Assembly (NCBI GenBank): GCA_964625535.1
Contig: CAZVEX010000001.1
Coordinates: 128,295-192,294, forward strand
DNA length: 64,000 nt
Source of the DNA: an uncultured Gammaproteobacteria bacterium
Lineage (GTDB): Bacteria; Patescibacteriota; Microgenomatia; Daviesbacterales; UBA10151
Direction: 5' to 3'
Position numbers and translations under genes: made by a program
In this document: one piece after another, positions 58,686 to 64,000 of the stretch
Layout: each line of letters begins with the position of its first letter
How positions within the stretch are numbered: position 1 is the stretch's first letter
The notes under the pieces: generated by a model
Told to the model about the DNA's origin: nothing
Databases searched by the model: none
Seen by the model: the letters and a program-made list of their open reading frames with translations, nothing else

Positions 58686-58756
58686 GCGGGTATAGTTGAG
58701 CGGTCCAACGTCACCTTCCCAAGGTGAAGACAGGGGTTCAACTCCCCTTACCCGCT
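58686..58756 (+). tRNA. tRNA-Gly (anticodon CCC)
   Basis: Hand-folded cloverleaf. Acceptor GCGGGTA pairs with TACCCGC, and the anticodon loop is TTCCCAA. Confidence 0.8.
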
Positions 58757-58758
58757 CT

Positions 58759-58833
58759 GCCGGCCTAGCTCAATGGTAGAGCACTACTTTCGTAAAGTAG
58801 GAGTTGAGAGTTCGATTCTCTCGGCCGGCTCCA
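58759..58833 (+). tRNA. tRNA-Thr (anticodon CGT), with CCA encoded
   Basis: Acceptor GCCGGCC pairs with GGCCGGC, and the anticodon loop is TTCGTAA. Starts 2 nt after tRNA-Gly. Confidence 0.8.
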
Positions 58834-58834
58834 T

Positions 58835-60640
58835 CTATTTACCAGCTTCCACCAGCCCCTGCCTGGCTATTTGATTGCTTGGATCAAGATTTAAAGCCTG
58901 CTCAAAAGCTTGCTTAGCCTGTTGTTTCTCCCCTAGAGTGAGATACAAAATGCCCAAATTGTTCCACAGATTGGGAATTTTGGGAGCAACGGAAAGAGCT
59001 TTTTGAATGTTTTCAATGGCCAGCTCGAACTTTGCTTTATCATAATAAATAGCGGCCGTATTTTGGTATGATTGCCAAAGATTAGGGTTAAACCGAGTGG
59101 CCATCTGGTAATTTTCCAATGCTTTATCAAGCTCTCCAATTTCCCGGTAGGTATTGGCCAGATTGTGATAAGCGTCGCCGTAATCGGGTTTTAGGGCAAT
59201 GGCTGTTTGGAATTCCTGCAAGGCTTTTTGTTTATCCCCTCTTCTTCCATAAACATCCCCAAGATTATTGTGATTATTGGGAGAAGACGGCGAAGTTTTA
59301 CCTGCCGCTATCCACAAATTATCTTCATTTTTCCAGTCAATGTTTCGCAGGATTGTTCTGGCGGATAAGGCGGCCAGCATCACGGCAAACAGCAGAATAA
59401 TCGCCCATTTGTATTTTTTGAATTTGAGAAGTCCAATGGCGACAAGAGCAAAAATCCCCAAAGAGGGTAAATAAAGATATCTTTCAGCCACAATCCAGTT
59501 CCATCTAAAGGGATTTAAAGTTGGGGAGAGGGCCAGGATAAAAAAGCAAAGCCAGAAAAAGACAGATCGCTCTTTTCTTAAAAAGATAAAAATGGAGGCA
59601 AAAAATGCCAGGGTAACTAAAGCTCTTACAGCTAGCTGGAAAACACCAAACGCCAGCTCCGAATGGTAAAGGGTTAAAACCGCCGGCCAGAAGATCAGCT
59701 CAAAATAGGAGGAGATGGCAATTGGAACAACCAGAAATATATTGTCGGTGCCTTTTTCCTGATAGTGAACGGATTGCAAGGTGGTAGTGCGCTCGGGCAA
59801 AGCTCCCAGATTAATAAACACATAAGCAATAGAAAGAGCAAGGTAAGGAATAGCTTTTAGCCAATTTTTCTTGATATTCCCAAAAACGAATTCATAAAGA
59901 GGAAAGACCAAAAATAAAGCAAGTGGCATGACAGGATGGGACATAAAGCTAAAAGAAAATACCACTACCGAAAGCCAGTAAAACCAGGTTTTGCGTTTGG
60001 CCAGAATATATAGAATAAAAGCAAGCAGGAAAAAGAATGTATACTGCGGGTATGTTCCGCCGGAAATCCAAACTACTGCTTCGGAGATGGCCGGATGGAC
60101 GGCAAAAATGGCCGCTACAATAAACCCCAATTTTCTTGAAGAATAGAGCAAATTAAATAAAATATAAATCAAAAATACGTTTCCGGAATGAAAGAAAACA
60201 TTGATCAGCCTGAAAAAGATAGGTGTTAGGCCGCCTATTTGATATGCCATCCAGTTGAGGATCAGCCGGATAAAGCCGAAAGGGTGGGTGAAGATGTAGC
60301 TAAACCGTCCCACATCGGGATTTTTGGCTATTTCCGCTATATCATCGGAGAGAAATGCGTTATTTAGGGAGTTGGCATAAGTTGCTATAATAAGAAAAAT
60401 CAGGAGGAGAATCGGGATCCGGTGGTTTTTGAACCAGTCATTTGACTTACTTTCAGGGAGTGGTTTGTTGATAAAATTTTGTATTTTCTCCTCTCCCCAG
60501 CGTTTTTTTAGGTAATCAATAACTTCTTTTTCGTCTGCCTTGATTTGTTGAGCAATCGCAGAGAGGCTTTCTTTTCTAATATTTTTCCTGATGTAATTTT
60601 TTTGGTTGTGCGCAAGCGGCATGCTTTTATGATAGCACAA
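58835..60640 (-). CDS. GT-C glycosyltransferase fused to C-terminal TPR repeats (TMTC/DUF1736-like)
   Basis: 601 aa. A multi-TM N-terminal region carries FLSDDIAEI (DD motif), and the C-terminal ~200 aa hold 5 or more TPR-like repeats (..GDAYHNLANTYREIGELDKALENYQ..). Confidence 0.6.
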   Translation of the reverse strand: MCYHKSMPLAHNQKNYIRKNIRKESLSAIAQQIKADEKEVIDYLKKRWGEEKIQNFINKPLPESKSNDWFKNHRIPILLLIFLIIATYANSLNNAFLSDDIAEIAKNPDVGRFSYIFTHPFGFIRLILNWMAYQIGGLTPIFFRLINVFFHSGNVFLIYILFNLLYSSRKLGFIVAAIFAVHPAISEAVVWISGGTYPQYTFFFLLAFILYILAKRKTWFYWLSVVVFSFSFMSHPVMPLALFLVFPLYEFVFGNIKKNWLKAIPYLALSIAYVFINLGALPERTTTLQSVHYQEKGTDNIFLVVPIAISSYFELIFWPAVLTLYHSELAFGVFQLAVRALVTLAFFASIFIFLRKERSVFFWLCFFILALSPTLNPFRWNWIVAERYLYLPSLGIFALVAIGLLKFKKYKWAIILLFAVMLAALSARTILRNIDWKNEDNLWIAAGKTSPSSPNNHNNLGDVYGRRGDKQKALQEFQTAIALKPDYGDAYHNLANTYREIGELDKALENYQMATRFNPNLWQSYQNTAAIYYDKAKFELAIENIQKALSVAPKIPNLWNNLGILYLTLGEKQQAKQAFEQALNLDPSNQIARQGLVEAGK

Positions 60641-60651
60641 ACAAAGATTGG

Positions 60652-61266
60652 TTAGCGGGGGATTTTTAAGACTTGGCCGGGTAAAATCAGATCGGGATTT
60701 TGGATGTCATTGGCAGCTGCCAGTTTGGGATAGGCCATAATGTCGCCGTAAGCTCTGGCGGCAATAGTGGAGAGCCAGTCGCCTTCAACCACAGTGTAGC
60801 TATCGCCTTCAATTCTTGGCCCCCAAATGGTGGTATTTCCACCCCCTGTTCCTTCTCCAACTTCTGCTACCACTTCCAGTTTGGGAATTTGCAATACCTG
60901 GCCTACTTCTATGGCATTTTCATCAGTTAAGCGATTTTCCTTAACGATTTCGTTGTATTTGTAACCATCCTGATAATATTTCTCGGCAACAGTAAAAAGG
61001 GTGTCTCCCTCTTTGACCGTGTATTGACCGGGAAGATTTTCCGGAGTAACATCCGCTTCTTCCTTTGTGGTTTGTTGTGCAGGGCCTAAATCTTCTTTGC
61101 CCTTGTTAAAGTAATTAAAGATTAGCACTCCTGCCACCAAGATAATCAAAGCTCCCAGGACCATGCTCAATTTGGATTGGTTTGATTGGGTTTCCTGGTT
61201 TATTTTATTCCAGTAAGAGCCTTTGCTTGCTTGCTCCGGTTTTATTTCAGAAGATTTCTTTGCCAT
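60652..61266 (-). CDS. membrane-anchored protein with two LysM domains
   Basis: YTVKEGDTLFTVAEKYY and YTVVEGDWLSTIAARAYG LysM signatures, with an N-terminal TM helix. Confidence 0.7.
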   Translation of the reverse strand: MAKKSSEIKPEQASKGSYWNKINQETQSNQSKLSMVLGALIILVAGVLIFNYFNKGKEDLGPAQQTTKEEADVTPENLPGQYTVKEGDTLFTVAEKYYQDGYKYNEIVKENRLTDENAIEVGQVLQIPKLEVVAEVGEGTGGGNTTIWGPRIEGDSYTVVEGDWLSTIAARAYGDIMAYPKLAAANDIQNPDLILPGQVLKIPR

Positions 61267-61348
61267 TTGTTTAAGGGGCAGTTTGACTTGAGCAGATTGT
61301 TCAATTGTTTTTTAAACCATTGCGCAATAATTGTCAAGAGGGTAAATG

Positions 61349-61421
61349 CGGGGCCGACGGGAATCGAACCCGCTATCTTCTCCGTGACAGGGAGACGTGA
61401 TGACCGGTTCACTACGGCCCC
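61349..61421 (-). tRNA. tRNA-Asp (anticodon GTC)
   Basis: The reverse complement folds as a cloverleaf. Acceptor GGGGCCG pairs with CGGCCCC, and the anticodon loop is CTGTCAC. Confidence 0.8.
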
Positions 61422-61441
61422 AACTGTGATATATTAGCATC

Positions 61442-63154
61442 ATGGATCTCTCTAATCAACAGGTTGCCAAAATCTTGCGGGGAGTGGCTGCTGCCTATAC
61501 CATTAAAAAACAGGGCAACTTGTTTCAAATTAGAGCTTATGAGAATGCCGCGGATGCAGTTGAACATTCTACTTCCGAGATAAAAGATTTATGGGAAGAA
61601 GGAAAGCTTGATGAAATTCCCGGTTTGGGAGAAAAAATTAGGGGTTATTTGGAAGAGCTTTTTACCAAAGGTCAAGTTGCGCATTTTGAAGGTGTTAAGA
61701 AAGGGATTCCGGAGGCGGTTTTTGCTATGTTGGACATTCCGGGAGTTGGCCCAAAAACCGCCATGGAACTTGCCGGACTAGGTGTGGAAAGCCTGGATGA
61801 TTTGAGAAAAGGTATTAAATCGGGATCGCTGGCGCAAAAAGGTTTCTCTGCAAAAATCGGCCAAAAAATTATGACCGGGCTGGGCGAGTTAAGTCAACAG
61901 GGTAATAGGATGCTTTTGCCATATGCCGGCGCTCAAGCAGACAAAATATTGCAATATCTTAAAAAATCCAAAGATGTCTTGCAAGCTCATCCATTAGGGT
62001 CGCTCCGGAGAATGGTAGCAACAGTAGGTGATTTGGATTTTTCAGTGGCTTCAAAGAATCCCAAAGAAGCGGTTAATTATTTTTGTCAGATGCCGGGAGT
62101 TAAAAGAGTGGTTGATCAGGGTGAAAATAAGGCTACTGTGATTCTTTCAAGCGGAATACAGGTAGACCTTTTGGTTGGTAAACCGGATAGTTACGGGGCA
62201 CTCTTGCAGCATTTTACAGGCTCCAAAGCCCATAATATCCATCTTCGGCAACTTGCTCAAGACAGGGGTTTGTCTTTATCGGAAAAAATAAAGGTTAAGA
62301 CAGAAGAAGAATTTTATAAATTACTGGAGATGGATGTGCCTGCGCCGGAGATTAGAGAGGATACTGGAGAAATTGAGGTAGCTTTAAATCACAAGCTTCC
62401 GAAACTGGTGGAAATAAAGGAAATTCGTGGAGATTTGCATTTGCATTCCAATTATCCCATTAAAAATCCTTCGCACGGGCCGGGAGTTGATTCCATAGAA
62501 GACATGATTAAAAAAGCCGTAGACTTGGGATATGAATATGTGGGTATTTCCGACCATCCTCCTGGATTTACTGCTGTTAGTAAAGAAGAAATTATTAAAT
62601 GGGTTCAAAAGAGGACAAAATATATTCAATCTGTAATAAAGGATACAAAAAGTACTCGAGTACTAAATGGACTCGAAATTGATATTGTGGGTGATGGAAC
62701 TTTAAGCGTGCCTGATGAGGCTTTGGAAACTTTGGATTATTGCATTGCAGGTATCCATTCCGGCCACCGAGGCTCAAAAGATGAGATAACCAAAAGACTT
62801 ATGCAAGCTCTACAAAATCCTCATGTGGATATAATCTCCCATCCTTCCGGCAGATTGTTAAACGAGAGGGAGTCGAGCGAGGCGGATTGGGAAACAATTT
62901 TTAAGTATTGCGCTAAAATTGGCAAGCTTTTGGAAATAAACGGATATCCTAACCGGTTGGATTTAAGGGATGATTTGGTTCGGGAAGCCCTCAAATGTGG
63001 CGTGAAATTTGTGATCAATACCGACGCTCATGAGGTGTCGCAGATGGATAACATGAAGTTCGGGGTGTCAGTGGCACGCCGCGGCTGGGCAGAAAAAAAA
63101 GATATTGTGAACTCATGGGACTTTACAAAATTCGCCAAATGGTTTAATATTTAA
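61442..63154 (+). CDS. polX: family X DNA polymerase with C-terminal PHP domain (PolX)
   Basis: N-terminal pol-beta-like region with HhH motifs (GLGEKI, GVGPKTA), and C-terminal HLHSNYP...SDHP...INTDAH PHP signatures. Confidence 0.8.
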   Translation: MDLSNQQVAKILRGVAAAYTIKKQGNLFQIRAYENAADAVEHSTSEIKDLWEEGKLDEIPGLGEKIRGYLEELFTKGQVAHFEGVKKGIPEAVFAMLDIPGVGPKTAMELAGLGVESLDDLRKGIKSGSLAQKGFSAKIGQKIMTGLGELSQQGNRMLLPYAGAQADKILQYLKKSKDVLQAHPLGSLRRMVATVGDLDFSVASKNPKEAVNYFCQMPGVKRVVDQGENKATVILSSGIQVDLLVGKPDSYGALLQHFTGSKAHNIHLRQLAQDRGLSLSEKIKVKTEEEFYKLLEMDVPAPEIREDTGEIEVALNHKLPKLVEIKEIRGDLHLHSNYPIKNPSHGPGVDSIEDMIKKAVDLGYEYVGISDHPPGFTAVSKEEIIKWVQKRTKYIQSVIKDTKSTRVLNGLEIDIVGDGTLSVPDEALETLDYCIAGIHSGHRGSKDEITKRLMQALQNPHVDIISHPSGRLLNERESSEADWETIFKYCAKIGKLLEINGYPNRLDLRDDLVREALKCGVKFVINTDAHEVSQMDNMKFGVSVARRGWAEKKDIVNSWDFTKFAKWFNI

Positions 63155-63156
63155 TC

Positions 63157-63705
63157 ATGATAACTTATATTCTGATTGGCGGAGTTGTTTTAATAGTTTT
63201 ATGGCTGCTGGTGACTTTTAATTCTTTAGTGTCTTTGCGCAACCGAGTCCGGGAGGCTTGGTCTCAAATTGATGTACAGCTCAAAAGAAGATCATCTTTA
63301 ATCCCTAACTTGGTGGAAGCGGTTAAGGGTTATGTAAAACACGAAAAAGGGGTACTGGAAGAGGTGACAAAAGCCCGAACTTCTTTAATGAATGCTAAAA
63401 ACCCACACGAAGCTGCAAGTGCGGATAATATGTTGACCGGAGCCTTAAAATCCTTGTTTGCAGTGGCAGAGAACTATCCCAATCTAAAAGCTTCGGAAAA
63501 TTTTAAAGCTTTGCAAGATGAGCTATCAGATACTGAAACCAAAGTGGCAGCCAGCAGGCAATTTTATAACACCAATGTGCTGGATCTAAACAATTCCCTG
63601 GAACAATTTCCTTCCAAAATGGTTGGCCAGTGGTTTAACTTCCAAAAAGAAGACTTTTTCAAAGCATCAGAAGAAGAGAAAAAAGATGTGGAGGTTAAGT
63701 TTTGA
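63157..63705 (+). CDS. lemA: LemA family protein
   Basis: N-terminal TM helix plus the conserved LemA core ([20 protein letters not shown]). Confidence 0.8.
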   Translation: MITYILIGGVVLIVLWLLVTFNSLVSLRNRVREAWSQIDVQLKRRSSLIPNLVEAVKGYVKHEKGVLEEVTKARTSLMNAKNPHEAASADNMLTGALKSLFAVAENYPNLKASENFKALQDELSDTETKVAASRQFYNTNVLDLNNSLEQFPSKMVGQWFNFQKEDFFKASEEEKKDVEVKF

Positions 63706-64000
63706 GGTGGGTGCTGAAAGAAAAGAAGGAAATTTTTTAACAAGAGCTCTGGGAATAGAAGCTTATCAAGAAATCAGGGATGCTGAACTTGGTGTAAGCT
63801 GGAGGAAGCCGTCTTTGGCTAATGCGAGAGTTTCTGGAGGGTTATCAGTTTTTCTTCATGTAGTGATTCCACTAAGTGAAACGTTTACAAGACAAGATGA
63901 AACTGTAACTAATTGGAGGTTATATGGGTCTATTGTAGCAGATTTAGCTTCAAATGTTACTGCTTATGCTCTGGCACACGTAGATATTCTGGCCGGGATC
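63687..64000 (+). CDS. 3'-partial ORF of unknown function, overlapping the lemA end and open to the window edge
   Basis: ATG near 63687 followed by 100 or more codons with no stop ([17 protein letters not shown]...). Absent from the ORF track, probably because it has no in-window stop. Confidence 0.3.

Noticed and set aside
61186-61437. ORF 61186..61437 (+), 83 aa.
   Set aside because: It overlaps the tRNA-Asp gene on the opposite strand and the LysM gene's start region, so it is not credible.
1-64000. CRISPR arrays, rRNA genes, transposases, integrases and prophage genes.
   Set aside because: No regularly spaced direct repeats, no rRNA-like conserved stretches and no ORF with transposase or integrase motifs were seen. 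The tRNA-adjacent regions carry glycan genes, not integrases.

Overview
This AT-rich bacterial chromosomal window (roughly 35-40% GC by eye) is tightly packed, mostly on the + strand, with many 4-nt start/stop overlaps. Its features are consistent with a Candidate Phyla Radiation / Patescibacteria-type genome, but that assignment is an inference.

The window has three parts:
1. Positions ~1-30000: a very large glycan-biosynthesis supercluster. It holds at least seven polytopic GT-C-type (ArnT/PMT/TMTC/YfhO-like) membrane glycosyltransferases, several GT4 and GT2 enzymes including a Dpm1/GtrB-like polyprenol-phosphate-sugar synthase, a Wzx-like flippase, a Wzy/O-antigen-ligase-like protein, two SAM methyltransferases, a hexapeptide acetyltransferase, a PglC-like initiating phosphoglycosyltransferase and a DUF4012-like protein.
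2. Positions ~30000-53700: housekeeping genes. In order: recO, glycyl-tRNA synthetase, then a complete division/cell-wall (dcw) cluster running mraZ-rsmH-ftsL-ftsI-murE-murB(short)-murA-murF-mraY-ftsW-murG-ftsQ-ftsA-ftsZ. After that come ileS, a second SEDS protein, rplU-rpmA, parB and lepB.
3. Positions ~53700-64000: a second, smaller glycan locus (Wzx, methyltransferase, GT4, Wzy-like, TPR-fused GT-C, LysM protein) interleaved with four tRNA genes (Val-CAC, Gly-CCC, Thr-CGT, Asp-GTC), then a PolX DNA polymerase and lemA.

The points most worth a second look:
- Degenerate tandem heptanucleotide arrays (consensus near AAARTTC / AATTYAA, 4-5 units each) sit in-frame inside at least four glycan-locus genes and, more weakly, murE. 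A 7-bp unit is the signature of a slipped-strand contingency locus.
- murB lacks its C-terminal catalytic domain, and murE and murF lack their N-terminal domains.
- Three direct repeats of ATGGTK at 10-bp spacing lie just upstream of mraZ and are a candidate MraZ operator.
- Several unannotatable genes sit in odd contexts: two minus-strand singletons inside + strand operons, and one gene translationally coupled to ftsZ.

No CRISPR array, rRNA or mobile element was seen. Coordinates carry roughly +/-1-2 nt uncertainty from hand counting.
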